Positions 40,714 to 50,993 of a stretch of 64,000 nt of DNA are shown piece by piece. Each line of letters begins with the position of its first letter. The first letter of the stretch is position 1. Source of the stretch: Chloroflexota bacterium (GTDB lineage: Bacteria; Chloroflexota; UBA11872; VXOZ01); assembly GCA_964291655.2 (NCBI GenBank), contig OZ219802.1, positions 928,001 through 992,000 of the forward strand. The letters are read 5' to 3'. The notes beneath the pieces were generated by a model. It made no database searches. It worked only from the letters and a program-made list of their open reading frames with translations, and was not told the origin of the DNA. Position numbers and translations under genes: made by a program.

Positions 40714-42078
40714 TCAGTGAAGGCTATGCAATAGATCTAAAGCAGTCTCTTGCACACTCTCGCCTGCGACAGCGGTAAAGCGGCTCCAGCGGCCCATGTT
40801 CACCTCATAGCCGCCCTCCTCATAGGCTATCGGTGTGGGGAAATAGCCCTGGTAGCAGTTGGCGTACCCCACCACGAATGTGCGGCCAAAGGGCGACTGT
40901 TCTTTTATGTCTAGTCCAATTTGACAGAACAACTCGCCCGGCACGCCCACCCACGCGCTGTCCCCAATCGTCATTACTTGAATCTCGCCCACTTCTTGGC
41001 GCGCATCGTTGCGGGTGAGCATGTACTTCTCTCGCGCAAGGCGGTGCTTATTTGCCTCAGCACGTACTTCGGCAGCCGTCGCGCCGCTGCGCTGAAGGCG
41101 CTCCACCTGTTCGCTTGCGGCGGCGTATGCGCGTTCAGCCTCGCTGTTCGTGGGCAAGTCGGTGCGGTAGGACCAATGCACGTACGTTGAGGAAATCTGA
41201 ACACCACGTTCAACGGGCGGAACTTCCTCCGGCAACAATGAAGCCGCCACGCGCAGCACCTCGCCGGCAAGTTGCAGTCCAATCTCACGCGCGTCGCGCA
41301 CGTTGCGCCGCACCACCGGCGGATTGACGTCGCCGCACGCGCCTTGCGTGAACAGCGCGGTGACACTTGGCCCCAGGGCCGCCTCTACCGCGGCCATGGC
41401 AAAGCCGGGATAGTCCGCCGAAACGAGCGGCTGGCTCATGGCGCAGATGGGGTGTGCCGTGAAGTTGCAGAGCACCGCCAGCGGCGATCCGTCGGGACGC
41501 TGGGCGAGCAACACGCCCACCTCCGGGTCAATCGGGCCGCGGCGCACCAACTCGCCGGGCGCAGTTTGGTCCCAATTGCGGTACACGTTACCGTCGCTCC
41601 GTACCACGCGGCGGTTTTCTGATATCCCGTATATCTCACCGGAATGTACCTTTATGGCCGCCGGTTGGCGCTGCTGCCACGCGGCGATCGCTGCCCCCGC
41701 CAGATCATGTCCGAGCTTCTGCACCCACGGCCAACTCAAATCAAGGGTGGAGAGATCAATGGAAGCATGGCTGCTATGGGTATGGCTGGCGCTGAGCATC
41801 ACATTCTCACCCGAGATAGACGTATGTGTCGCCACCTGCTCCCGTACCCCGGCGGCAAACGCCGCCGGCGGAAATCCGATCATGTCGCAAGCAATAAGCG
41901 CAACCGTTCGCTCGCCATCGTCAATCACAAGCGCCTTGGCCCAGAGGTTGTCATTGACTCCCAAGAACGGGTCGTGGCGGTCCCAGTCGTAGCCAAGGTA
42001 CGGCACACCCACGTCGGGCGTTATGCAAACACGCGCAGTCCCCACCTGGAAGTATCCCTCGCGGTTATTCATCGGCAT
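40714..42078 (-). CDS. Neutral/alkaline ceramidase-like metallohydrolase
   Basis: AKALVIDDG, SASHTHS, NFTAHP, SADYPG, QGACGDVNP, VPGELF, GGYE. Confidence 0.85.
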   Translation of the reverse strand: MPMNNREGYFQVGTARVCITPDVGVPYLGYDWDRHDPFLGVNDNLWAKALVIDDGERTVALIACDMIGFPPAAFAAGVREQVATHTSISGENVMLSASHTHSSHASIDLSTLDLSWPWVQKLGHDLAGAAIAAWQQRQPAAIKVHSGEIYGISENRRVVRSDGNVYRNWDQTAPGELVRRGPIDPEVGVLLAQRPDGSPLAVLCNFTAHPICAMSQPLVSADYPGFAMAAVEAALGPSVTALFTQGACGDVNPPVVRRNVRDAREIGLQLAGEVLRVAASLLPEEVPPVERGVQISSTYVHWSYRTDLPTNSEAERAYAAASEQVERLQRSGATAAEVRAEANKHRLAREKYMLTRNDARQEVGEIQVMTIGDSAWVGVPGELFCQIGLDIKEQSPFGRTFVVGYANCYQGYFPTPIAYEEGGYEVNMGRWSRFTAVAGESVQETALDLLHSLH

Positions 42079-42290
42079 GCTCACTTCACTTGTGTACTTT
42101 GCTCGGTCGTTTCGGAGAACTCTCATTGTGCAGGATACACACGACCCGCGGGGACTGTCGAAGGGCCCGCAGCGTGCTCACTACTCACACCACGCCTCGC
42201 CCCAAGAAAGCATATGCTCCCGCCACTCTCTTGTATAATCAGGAGAAACATGCGCCACGCAAGAAATTGAGCAGTCGGATGGAGGCACCC

Positions 42291-43064
42291 ATGCGAGATA
42301 TTCCGCACCTCTTTGACGCCAACGTGTTTCTCGGGCCGATATTTCTTCGGCACGACGAAACACCGGACGATGTCCCTCGGTTGCTGGCCGTGATGGATGA
42401 GAACAGCATCAGCCGTGCGCTCGTCACCCACGGCCTCGCCAAGTGGCAGCATCCCGCCGTAGGCAACCGGCTCGTCATCGAAGAGACCAAGGGGGTGGAC
42501 CGGCTCGTGCCGTGTTGGGTCGTCATGCCGTCCGTGGCCGGGGAGATGCCACCGGAGCGCGAGCAAATTGCACAATTGCTGGATTCCGGCGCGCGAGCAG
42601 CGCGACTCTGCACGGGCATAAATCGACTTACCCTGGAGCCATTTGAACTGGACTCGCTGCTCGAAGCCTTGGCCGAACGAAGGGTTTCGCTGTTCCTGGA
42701 TTCTAACATCCGTCATTGGAGTGAACCGCGTCCGTGGGCATTCATCGAATGGGCCGTTCGCACGTATCCCACGCTGCCGCTCGTTCTCTTGCGCGAGCCG
42801 CCGTCGAACTTTCGCACACTGTTTACACTTATGGATCGCTACGCCAACCTGTATATCGAGACGTCGTACATGCAGGGCCACGATGCCATCGCCCTCATAG
42901 CGAATCGCTGGGGTGCGGACAGGCTCGTCTTCGGCACCGGCATCCCCGTGTGGGACCCGGGCATGGCCATCACCGGGCTCACCTACGCCAGCTTTTCAGT
43001 TGAGGAACGCAATGCCGTAGCCGGCGGCAGCCTGCAGCGCTTGATCGATAATTGTGTCGTCTGA
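42291..43064 (+). CDS. Amidohydrolase_2-fold protein with degenerate metal ligands
   Basis: TIM-barrel amidohydrolase pattern (NLYIETS, RLVFGT); DANVFLG stands in place of DxHxH. Confidence 0.75.
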   Translation: MRDIPHLFDANVFLGPIFLRHDETPDDVPRLLAVMDENSISRALVTHGLAKWQHPAVGNRLVIEETKGVDRLVPCWVVMPSVAGEMPPEREQIAQLLDSGARAARLCTGINRLTLEPFELDSLLEALAERRVSLFLDSNIRHWSEPRPWAFIEWAVRTYPTLPLVLLREPPSNFRTLFTLMDRYANLYIETSYMQGHDAIALIANRWGADRLVFGTGIPVWDPGMAITGLTYASFSVEERNAVAGGSLQRLIDNCVV

Positions 43065-43203
43065 CCGTCATGCGCTTGGCTTCCGTCCATCCTTCGACAA
43101 GCTCGGGACGAACGGAGGCGCGAGTCACGGCTGAAACAAGGCCCTGGATTTGTACCACGAAACCATTGGTTTCCCAATTCAACAGCGAGAAGGACGTAGA
43201 GTA

Positions 43204-44028
43204 ATGGCACAGGCAACTTCAGCGGCGGAAAGCGCAGCAATGAGCATACGGGAGGCCGCCCTGCGCGGCGAACCGCTTACGGATACGTTCATCGTAAACA
43301 ACCACAGCCACCTCGGCTTGTACTATGGATTCGCCCAGCCCAATCCGGATGCCGATTCCCTTGTGCGGACGATGGACCGGGTGGGCATCGACCAGTCGTG
43401 CGTTTTTTCCAGCCTGGCGATTACGGCCGACATGCGCACGGGCAACGACCAAAACCTGGCGGCGGCTCGTCTACACCCTGACCGTATACTGGCGTACGCC
43501 GTGCCGGACCCAAATCTCGCCGGCCAGGTCCGCGAAGAAATGCAACGCTGCATCGACGCCGGAGCGCGCGGCATCAAGTTCCACACCGGGCTGCATGAGT
43601 ATCCCTTTGCCGGACCCGGCTACGTTCCCGCCTTTGAATTGGCGGACAGGCATCGGCTGCCATTGATCAGCCACGGCGTGGACTCACCCGACGTGCTGCA
43701 GCGCACCGCCCGGGCATATCCCAACGCCCACTTAATTGTGGCCCACGCCGGCGCGGGGCGTAAGCACCCGGCATTTGACCCAATCTATGATGTTGCGCTT
43801 GAGGAGCCAAATGTCTACCTGGATACTGCCGGTTCTGTTGCACCGTATGGGATTTTCGCGCAACTGGTAGCGCACGTAGGCGCCGGCAAGATACTCTACG
43901 GCGACGACTTTCCGTGGATGTGCCCCACGCACCAGATAGGCCGCATTCTCCTGGCGCCCATCACCGACGACGAGAAGAAGCAGATTCTCGGTGGCACGAT
44001 GCAGCGGCTGTTGGGCACGCGGCAGTGA
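43204..44028 (+). CDS. Amidohydrolase_2 family metal-dependent hydrolase
   Basis: NHSH, GIKFH, SH, VAHAG, NVYLDT, ILYGDDFP. Confidence 0.88.
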   Translation: MAQATSAAESAAMSIREAALRGEPLTDTFIVNNHSHLGLYYGFAQPNPDADSLVRTMDRVGIDQSCVFSSLAITADMRTGNDQNLAAARLHPDRILAYAVPDPNLAGQVREEMQRCIDAGARGIKFHTGLHEYPFAGPGYVPAFELADRHRLPLISHGVDSPDVLQRTARAYPNAHLIVAHAGAGRKHPAFDPIYDVALEEPNVYLDTAGSVAPYGIFAQLVAHVGAGKILYGDDFPWMCPTHQIGRILLAPITDDEKKQILGGTMQRLLGTRQ

Positions 44029-44132
44029 CCGGACTGGCGGTTAGGATGCTCCATCGTGTCGTGGCCTTCTCCACAGCCCAAAGTAGAATCTCGGGTTCCT
44101 TGAAGTGCCCGTGCTCTTCCGATTCTTCAAAA

Positions 44133-44438
44133 CTGCCGGCGCTCTACTGTCATTGAGTAGGTGCTCTTCCGTCACGGTGCAGGCGCCCTTCTGCCATTGT
44201 GCAAGCGTTCTTCTGCCATTGTGCAGGCGCTCTCTTGTCACTGTGCGGGCGCTCCATTGTCACTGTGCAGACGCTCCTTTGTCACTGTGCAGACGCTCCT
44301 TTGTAGCTGTGCAGGCGCTCCTTTGTCATTGTGCAGGCGCTCTTCTGTCATTGTGCAGGCGCTCCTTTGTCATTGTGCAGGCGCTCCTTTGTCATTGTGC
44401 AGGCGCTCCTTTGTCACTTCGAGCGCCCTTCTGTCATT
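44133..44438. repeat. Tandem array of 13 x 22 bp (consensus GTGCAGGCGCTCCTTTGTCATT) plus a 20-bp bridging unit
   Basis: Units begin at 44133, 44155 ... 44397; the array merges into TGTCATTTCGAGCGCAGCGAGAAATCT. Confidence 0.92.
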
Positions 44439-44599
44439 TCGAGCGCAGCGAGAAATCTAGAATGGCTGCACAATGGAATATTGATTGGCGACAGCACTGC
44501 CGACACTTCGCCCTGCCCATGATCGAAATCAGGTTGCAAGACAGATACGCAGGGCACCCTTCCCCACATCGAATTGGGTCCCTGCGGTGCAATGAAGAT

Positions 44600-44858
44600 G
44601 GATTCCCGCTTTCGCGGGAATGACGGATCGAGATGCTCCCTCTCCTTGTAGCGCGGGGGCTTGTCCCCCGCTCTTCACGGCTCATGATTGGCTGTTGCGT
44701 AGCTGGATTCCGGCGTTCGCCGGAATGACTGGTTGGACGCACTCTCGCCACCCAACAGTGCACACAGACCGCTTCAGTAGCGCGGGGGCTTGTCCCCCGC
44801 TCTTCACAGCTGGTGAGTGGCTGTTGCGTAGCCGGTTTCCGGCGTTCGCCGGGATGAC
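44600..44858. repeat. BIME-like mosaic of alternating palindromes
   Basis: ATTCC..GGAATGAC-type palindromes at 44600, 44705 and 44834 alternate with GTAG-REPs at 44648 and 44777; about 82-bp direct repeat with 129-bp period. Confidence 0.85.
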
Positions 44859-44950
44859 GACGCGTGTGCCGTTCGTTAGACTGGCATACATGCCGACCAC
44901 AGTCCGTGTGAGTCCACTTGCGAATAGACGCGCCTGCTGAGGAACCATCC

Positions 44951-45799
44951 ATGAAATACTTAATGCTCTCGAAGCCCCTAGAAAACCTCTCCTACCCCGA
45001 GCTTGCCGACACTGTGGCCGAACTTGGCATGGACGGCATAGACCTCACGGTGCGCTCACCCGGCCACGTCTTGCCGGAACAGGTGAAGACCGACCTGCCC
45101 AAGGCGGCGCAGGCCGTCCGCGAGCGGGGATTAGAGCTTGGCTGGCTAACTACGGCGATCGACAGCGCCCAGTCGCCCTATGCGGAAGACATAATTGCCG
45201 CGGCTGCCGACCTCGGCATCAACCAGTTCAAGCTGGGCTATCACCGCTACGCCGGTTTTGGCTCAATGGGCCGCCAGATCGCTGAGGTCCGGGAGCAGTT
45301 GCGCGGCATCGAGCGGCTCTGCCGGCAGTATGGTGTACAGGCCGGCATTCACGCGCACTATGGGCCCACGCTCTCTGCCACCACTCACGTAGTCTCGCTC
45401 CTGCTCGAAGGCTTCGACCCCGCCGCCATTTGCTACTATCCCGATCTCGGGCACATGGGAGTAGAAGGCAGTTTCGGCGGCTGGATTCACGGACTGGACC
45501 TGCTCGCAGACCGCATTGACATGCTGGCTCTGGAAAATGTGGCTCAGTTTCGCGCAGTAGACCCGGATACGGGTGCGGCGTCCTGGAGTACGAAGGTTGT
45601 GCCGTTCGACCAAGGCTTCATTCCCTTCCCCGAAGCCTTCCGGTACTTGAAGCACATCGGCTATACCGGCTACGCTTCGTTTCAGTCCGAGTATCGGGGC
45701 GCGAACAGCTTTAGAGACTTGAACCAAACCGAACTGCTCGCTCAAGTGAGCCAGGACCTGCGCTACACGAAACAGCTTGCTGACGCAGTGGGCCTATAG
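44951..45799 (+). CDS. Sugar-phosphate isomerase/epimerase (xylose-isomerase-like TIM barrel)
   Basis: GMDGIDLTVRSPGHV, YPDLGH, GYTG.....SEY. Confidence 0.85.
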   Translation: MKYLMLSKPLENLSYPELADTVAELGMDGIDLTVRSPGHVLPEQVKTDLPKAAQAVRERGLELGWLTTAIDSAQSPYAEDIIAAAADLGINQFKLGYHRYAGFGSMGRQIAEVREQLRGIERLCRQYGVQAGIHAHYGPTLSATTHVVSLLLEGFDPAAICYYPDLGHMGVEGSFGGWIHGLDLLADRIDMLALENVAQFRAVDPDTGAASWSTKVVPFDQGFIPFPEAFRYLKHIGYTGYASFQSEYRGANSFRDLNQTELLAQVSQDLRYTKQLADAVGL

Positions 45800-45978
45800 G
45801 CGAGACGGCGTCTCGGTAGAGACCGACCGCACATTTCGCGCTTTCTCTGCGTAGCCGCAATGCTACAATGTGCGGACAGGTGTTCTCTTGTGTAGACGTA
45901 GTCCTTTGAGCGCCGATTTGGTCGCATTGAGATTTTGATTTCGCAACTACGAGTGAGAGAAGCAGGGAGCAGGAACGC

Positions 45979-47388
45979 ATGGATCGCCCAAACATCATCC
46001 TGATCACGACTGACGAGCAGCGGTGGGATACGCTCGGCTGTTACGGCAACCAGAAGGTCAAGACGCCGACCCTGGATGCCCTGGCAGCAAAGGGAACGCT
46101 CTTTGCCAAAGCGTACAACCAGAACCCCGTGTGTATTCCGGCCCGCGCCTGCTTGCAGACCGGGCGCTACACCCGCCAGCACGGAGTTTCCTACATGGAG
46201 GCGGCCGTCGACAGCACGCCCGGCCTGCCGCCCTGGGAACGCACCTTCATGGAGGAGCTGCAGGACGCCGGGTACGTTACTGCCGCCTTTGGCAAGATAC
46301 ACATGATGCCGCCGAAAGGCTATAACGAAACGCAACTTACCGGCGGCAAGGGATCGCGTTGGACACAGTCGTACGGCTCGCCGCTGGGTCCCGGACCTTT
46401 GGGCCCCGTATACGCGCGGTGGCTCGACTCCGTGCATCCGGGCGGCTATGAACTCATCTATGAGCAACGCCGCGAACCCGAATATCGCAAATACATGACC
46501 GCCATCACCAATGTCCTGCCGCTGGAAGAGTATATCGACACGTGGATCACCGAGAACACCCGCGAGTTTGTCTCCCGCGACCACGATCAACCCTTTTTCG
46601 CTTGGTGCGGCATTTGCGGCCCGCACGGCCCGTTCGATCCGCCGCGACCGTATGACAGCATGTACCCATCCGATTTCGTGGACGTCTCACCCACGTACCT
46701 GGCGGATGATAGCGATAAGCCCAAGCATCTACAGAACGGGGGCGGCCGCTTTGCCAAAGAGCCGGATGACAGCCTGATCCGGCGCGTGACGGCCTTCTAC
46801 TGGGGGCTCTGCACGTACATTGACGACATGATGGAACGCCTGTTTCAGACGCTTGAAGAGTGCGGCAAGGCCGACAACACCCTCATCATCTTCACCAGCG
46901 ACCACGGCGACCACATGGGCGATTGGTCGCGCGGCGGCAAGGGGACGTTTTGGGAAGGCTCCGCGCGCGTGCCGTTTATCGTCGTGCCGCCAGCCGACAA
47001 GCCCCGCGTGCCCAACGTGGATGGCGTCATCGGCACCTTTCAGGTCGCGCCGACCATTCTCGACTATGCCGGCGTGGATATCCCGCGAGAGATGCAGGCC
47101 ACCAGCCTCAAGCCCGTGGTGGAAGGCGCTGAAGACTCGCCGGGCTTCGCGCTCTGCGAGTATGAGGACAACAACCAAGTCGTGCGCGGCAAGTCCATCA
47201 CCACGAACCGCTACAAGTACGCATTTTGGAATACCGAAGACGGGCAAGAGCTTTACGACATGGAGAACGACCCTCTGGAGTTGCACAATCTCGCCCGCGA
47301 TCCAGGATCGCAAGACCTCGTGCGCCAGCATAAGGAAATGCTTCTCCAGCACCTGCTCGATAGCGAGAAGCCGATACGCCGCTGGTAA
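45979..47388 (+). CDS. Formylglycine-dependent sulfatase
   Basis: PNIILITTDEQR, CIPARACLQTG (CxPxR), GKIH, PHGP, TSDHGD, ELYD..NDP.E. Confidence 0.93.
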   Translation: MDRPNIILITTDEQRWDTLGCYGNQKVKTPTLDALAAKGTLFAKAYNQNPVCIPARACLQTGRYTRQHGVSYMEAAVDSTPGLPPWERTFMEELQDAGYVTAAFGKIHMMPPKGYNETQLTGGKGSRWTQSYGSPLGPGPLGPVYARWLDSVHPGGYELIYEQRREPEYRKYMTAITNVLPLEEYIDTWITENTREFVSRDHDQPFFAWCGICGPHGPFDPPRPYDSMYPSDFVDVSPTYLADDSDKPKHLQNGGGRFAKEPDDSLIRRVTAFYWGLCTYIDDMMERLFQTLEECGKADNTLIIFTSDHGDHMGDWSRGGKGTFWEGSARVPFIVVPPADKPRVPNVDGVIGTFQVAPTILDYAGVDIPREMQATSLKPVVEGAEDSPGFALCEYEDNNQVVRGKSITTNRYKYAFWNTEDGQELYDMENDPLELHNLARDPGSQDLVRQHKEMLLQHLLDSEKPIRRW

Positions 47389-47482
47389 GCGAGGGGTGCG
47401 CCAAGAATGAGGCGCCACTGCAAACGAAGTATCCAACCAGCCGCAATCGATGCCGCAGCGATCAAACTGAATACAGAATCTA

Positions 47483-47510
47483 AGAGGGGCGCACGATTGT
47501 GCGCCCCTCT
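47483..47510. terminator. Hairpin between convergent genes (terminator or REP-derived)
   Basis: AGAGGGGCGCAC-GATT-GTGCGCCCCTCT, 12-bp stem. Confidence 0.55.
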
Positions 47511-47596
47511 CGCATTGCGGCTAGTGCCGAATGCTAGCTTCCACCCAGAAGAAAATCATCTCTCCCTGCGGAAAATGCTTCTGCCTTCTTAGGCAA

Positions 47597-48631
47597 TTAC
47601 TCCGCTGCCAGGGCAGCCTCGATCTTCTCAGCGGCGTCGGCGCTCACCCACTCGCGCCAAGAGTCACTATTCTGCAGCCACCACACGGCGACTTCAGCGT
47701 AGTCGGCGCCAGTCTCCGAGAAGTACGTCTCGGCTTGACGCTGGTTGCCAAAGTTCCAGTCCCACTTGCCGAGAAGTTCGATCACGTCCGGAGCGGATTC
47801 TTTGAGATCCGTGTTGACGGCAATCACAACCTCAGCCACGGGGTATGCGCAAGCATTACCGTCGGCCCAGCACTCTTCGTTAAAGGTCGGCTCTTCGAGA
47901 ACATAATAGCCGCCGAGTTCGGTCTCCATTTCAAAGGAGAACGTCGTCGGACCCCAGTAGTAGAACAGCACCGGCTCTTTCTTTAGGAAAGCCGCGCGGA
48001 TCTCGCTCTGCAGAGCGGCATCCGAGCCAGGATTGACCAGTTCAACCGCGTCGCTCAAACCATAGGCCACGACCTGATTGGCATTCACTTGCTCGCACGC
48101 CCAACCGGGAATGCACGAAAGCAAGCGTGCTTTGCCGTTCGAGTCCGGCGTCACGAAGATTTCCATGTGGTCCGCGAGGTCTTCCACTTTGCGCAAGTTG
48201 GGATTCTCATCCGCAACATACTGCGGAATGATGAACGCGGACTGCCAGTTGTCCTCCAGGCTCTTGCCCACAACTTCAACTGAGCCTTCCTCCAAAGCCA
48301 GTAGGAAGGGCTCTTCCTGGTTTGGCAGCCAAATTTCCATGGTGACGTTCACGTCACCGGCACGGAGCGCCACCAGCATGGGAACGGTATCGCCAAAGAC
48401 CGCGTCGGTCTCATAGCCATAGCCGTTCTCGATGATATAGCGTGCTACCGCGTTCTGGATCTGGGCGCTATCCCAGCTAAGGTCGGAAAAGACGATGGTG
48501 GGCTTTGCCATCATCTCCGCTTCCTCTTCTGCCGGCGTCACCACGGCGGTGCCGCAGGCAGCGAGCGTAAGCATAAAGGCGAGCATAAGCGCTAGCATGC
48601 CGCCGAGTGATTTCCAAGTTCGAGTTTTCAT
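47597..48631 (-). CDS. Glycine betaine/proline ABC transporter substrate-binding lipoprotein (ProX-like)
   Basis: Lipobox LAAC; WDS, MEIW, CIPGWAC, FYYWGPT. Confidence 0.9.
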   Translation of the reverse strand: MKTRTWKSLGGMLALMLAFMLTLAACGTAVVTPAEEEAEMMAKPTIVFSDLSWDSAQIQNAVARYIIENGYGYETDAVFGDTVPMLVALRAGDVNVTMEIWLPNQEEPFLLALEEGSVEVVGKSLEDNWQSAFIIPQYVADENPNLRKVEDLADHMEIFVTPDSNGKARLLSCIPGWACEQVNANQVVAYGLSDAVELVNPGSDAALQSEIRAAFLKKEPVLFYYWGPTTFSFEMETELGGYYVLEEPTFNEECWADGNACAYPVAEVVIAVNTDLKESAPDVIELLGKWDWNFGNQRQAETYFSETGADYAEVAVWWLQNSDSWREWVSADAAEKIEAALAAE

Positions 48632-48728
48632 TACGTTGGGATCCTCCCCCTGTTTCTGTTAATCTCCATGGCATTACGATGCCAAAAGTCTCCAACCGCT
48701 ATCAATCGATAACCACCTCCGAAACGTC

Positions 48729-49730
48729 TTAAGTCCGTAATGCTTCTTGTCTACTCTTAGCCCACGCCTGGGTGATGCGGTCGATGATGATCGCCAAGAA
48801 GACGATACCCAGTCCGCCCAGCAGTGCCTGCCCCGGTTGCGCGCGCGAAAGCGCCCGCTGCACGTCTTCGCCCAGGCCGCCGGCGCCGACCAGCGAGGCA
48901 ATCACCATCATTGCCAGCGCCATCATCGTGGTCTGATTGATGCCAGCCATGATCGTCGGCAACGCCATTGGCAACTGCACCTTGAACAGCAGTTGCCGGT
49001 GGGTGGTGCCGAACGAGCGCGCGGCCTCGACCACCTGCGGGCTGACTTCCCGGATACCGAGACTAGTGAATCGGATCGTCGGCGGCGCCGCGTAGATAAT
49101 GGTGGCAAAGACAGCGGGCACGTTGCCAATTCCAAAAAACATAACAACCGGCACGAGATATACGAACGACGGCATAGTCTGCATGCCGTCGAGCAGCGGC
49201 TTCAAGACCGCGTCAAACGTGTTGCTGCGCGCGGCCAGCACTCCGAACGGAATACCCACAACGATAGAGAGAAAAACTGACACGACGATGAGCGCCATGG
49301 TCTCCATGGCACTGGCCCAAAGTCCGAACACGCCGGTCGTGAGCAAAGCAACCACCGCAAAGGCGGAAAACTTCCAGCCGACGGTGACCCAGGCAATCAG
49401 GGCCGCGCCAACCACAATCACCGGCCACGGCGTCCACAGAAATGCGGTCTCTATCCACAGCAAGAACCGCAGCACGGCATCCGCAACTAAATCGAACACC
49501 GGCCCCCAGGCAACGGTAATGTCATCCACCCAGTCATTGATCCGGTTACTGATGCCGCGGCTCCAGTCGAGCGGAAACTCGGTTCTGGGGCCCCACGCCA
49601 AGACCATCACGACAAAGAAGGCGAGAAAGCCGCCAACAATAAGCGCGGCCCGGGAGGGCCCCGCCGCGCCGTTCCGCGTCGCCTCACGAATCTCGACGGT
49701 CGTTTCTTTCAAACGCGTCATTACTGCCAT
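48729..49730 (-). CDS. Glycine betaine ABC transporter permease (ProW/OpuAB-like)
   Basis: LDGMQTMPSFVYL, EAARSFG, AGINQTTMMALAM, IIIDRI. Confidence 0.93.
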   Translation of the reverse strand: MAVMTRLKETTVEIREATRNGAAGPSRAALIVGGFLAFFVVMVLAWGPRTEFPLDWSRGISNRINDWVDDITVAWGPVFDLVADAVLRFLLWIETAFLWTPWPVIVVGAALIAWVTVGWKFSAFAVVALLTTGVFGLWASAMETMALIVVSVFLSIVVGIPFGVLAARSNTFDAVLKPLLDGMQTMPSFVYLVPVVMFFGIGNVPAVFATIIYAAPPTIRFTSLGIREVSPQVVEAARSFGTTHRQLLFKVQLPMALPTIMAGINQTTMMALAMMVIASLVGAGGLGEDVQRALSRAQPGQALLGGLGIVFLAIIIDRITQAWAKSRQEALRT

Positions 49731-49742
49731 ATCACACTCCGG

Positions 49743-50993
49743 CTACGCGCCGGCCTCCTGACGTTCTTCAGAAAAGACCGCCTCGGCGAGCACATCCCGC
49801 TCAATCATGCCAACCAGCCGCTCTTCGTCGTCTACTACTGGGATCTTCCCTTCCTGAGGCCACGCTACCGAGAGCGCATCCTCAATACACTGCCCTGCCA
49901 GCACCGGTTCGCAGCGACGGGAGACAGCATATTCGATGGTAGCGCTGCCGTTCCCGGCGGCATCGCGCGCTTCTTTCCGGCAGATTTCTCCCCGATAGCG
50001 GCCATCCTCTGCAATGACGAACGCGGCCTCGACACCGCCAGACTCCAACTGAGCAAGGGCGTCCCGTGCCGTCGTCGTGGGTTTCAAGAGGACTCCACAC
50101 CGTTCCATGACGTAACCGACGGTAACAATCGAAGACGTACGCACGTCGCGCGTGAAGTCGGCCACGTAGTCGTCAATCGGATTCGCCATGATCTCTTCAG
50201 GCGTGCCAATCTGAACGATGGCCCCGTCGCGCATAATGGCGATGCGGCTGCCCAGCTTGGTAGCCTCCGCCAGATCGTGGGTAATAAAGACGATGGTCTT
50301 GTGCAACTGCTCTTGCAGGCGGATAAGCTCATCCTGCATATCCCGCCGGATGAGAGGGTCCAGCGCACTGAAGGGCTCATCCATGAGCAGAATTTCGGGA
50401 TCGCAGGCCAGGGCCCGCGCAAGACCCACGCGCTGTTGCATGCCGCCGCTGAGAGCTGCAGCGTGGTACTCTTCCCAGCCATCCAGACCGACCACTCGCA
50501 GCAGTTCGGCCGCTCGCGCTCGCCGGTCTTCCCGCGGCACCCCTTGCACTTCCAAGCCCCAGGCGACGTTATCGATTACCGTGCGGTGGGGCAACAGGCC
50601 GAAGTACTGGAAAACCATGCCGGTCTTCTGCCGGCGCGCCTGCGTGAGTTCTTCATCGGTATAGCTGAGAATGTCCTCACCGTCGATGATGACTTCACCG
50701 ACGGTCGGCTCTATGAGACGTATGAGACAACGCACCAGCGTGGACTTGCCACTGCCGGAGAGTCCCATTACGACAAAGGTCTCGCCCTGATGGACGTCGA
50801 AGCTCACGTCGTGCAACGCCAGCACCGAGTCCAACTCGTCCTGGACTTCGTCCTTCGTCTTACCCTCGAGGGTCTCCCCCACGTCAGGTCCGTCGGCCGG
50901 TCCAAACACCTTCCACAGGCCACGCACGCTCACGCGCACTTCGCCGTTGGCCGAAGTCGGTAAATCCGGCAATTCTTCCGTTGCTTGGTTCAT
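49743..50993 (-). CDS. Glycine betaine ABC transporter ATP-binding protein with CBS domains (ProV/OpuAA-like)
   Basis: GLSGSGKS, LSGGMQQRVGLARAL, LLMDEPFSALDPLIR, C-terminal CBS pair. Confidence 0.95.
   Translation of the reverse strand: MNQATEELPDLPTSANGEVRVSVRGLWKVFGPADGPDVGETLEGKTKDEVQDELDSVLALHDVSFDVHQGETFVVMGLSGSGKSTLVRCLIRLIEPTVGEVIIDGEDILSYTDEELTQARRQKTGMVFQYFGLLPHRTVIDNVAWGLEVQGVPREDRRARAAELLRVVGLDGWEEYHAAALSGGMQQRVGLARALACDPEILLMDEPFSALDPLIRRDMQDELIRLQEQLHKTIVFITHDLAEATKLGSRIAIMRDGAIVQIGTPEEIMANPIDDYVADFTRDVRTSSIVTVGYVMERCGVLLKPTTTARDALAQLESGGVEAAFVIAEDGRYRGEICRKEARDAAGNGSATIEYAVSRRCEPVLAGQCIEDALSVAWPQEGKIPVVDDEERLVGMIERDVLAEAVFSEERQEAGA

Noticed and set aside
44133-44438. CRISPR array or Cys-rich repeat proteins (ORFs at 44105, 44161, 44331)
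   Set aside because: The units are contiguous with no unique spacers and no cas genes are nearby; the 22-bp period produces similar peptides in all three frames.
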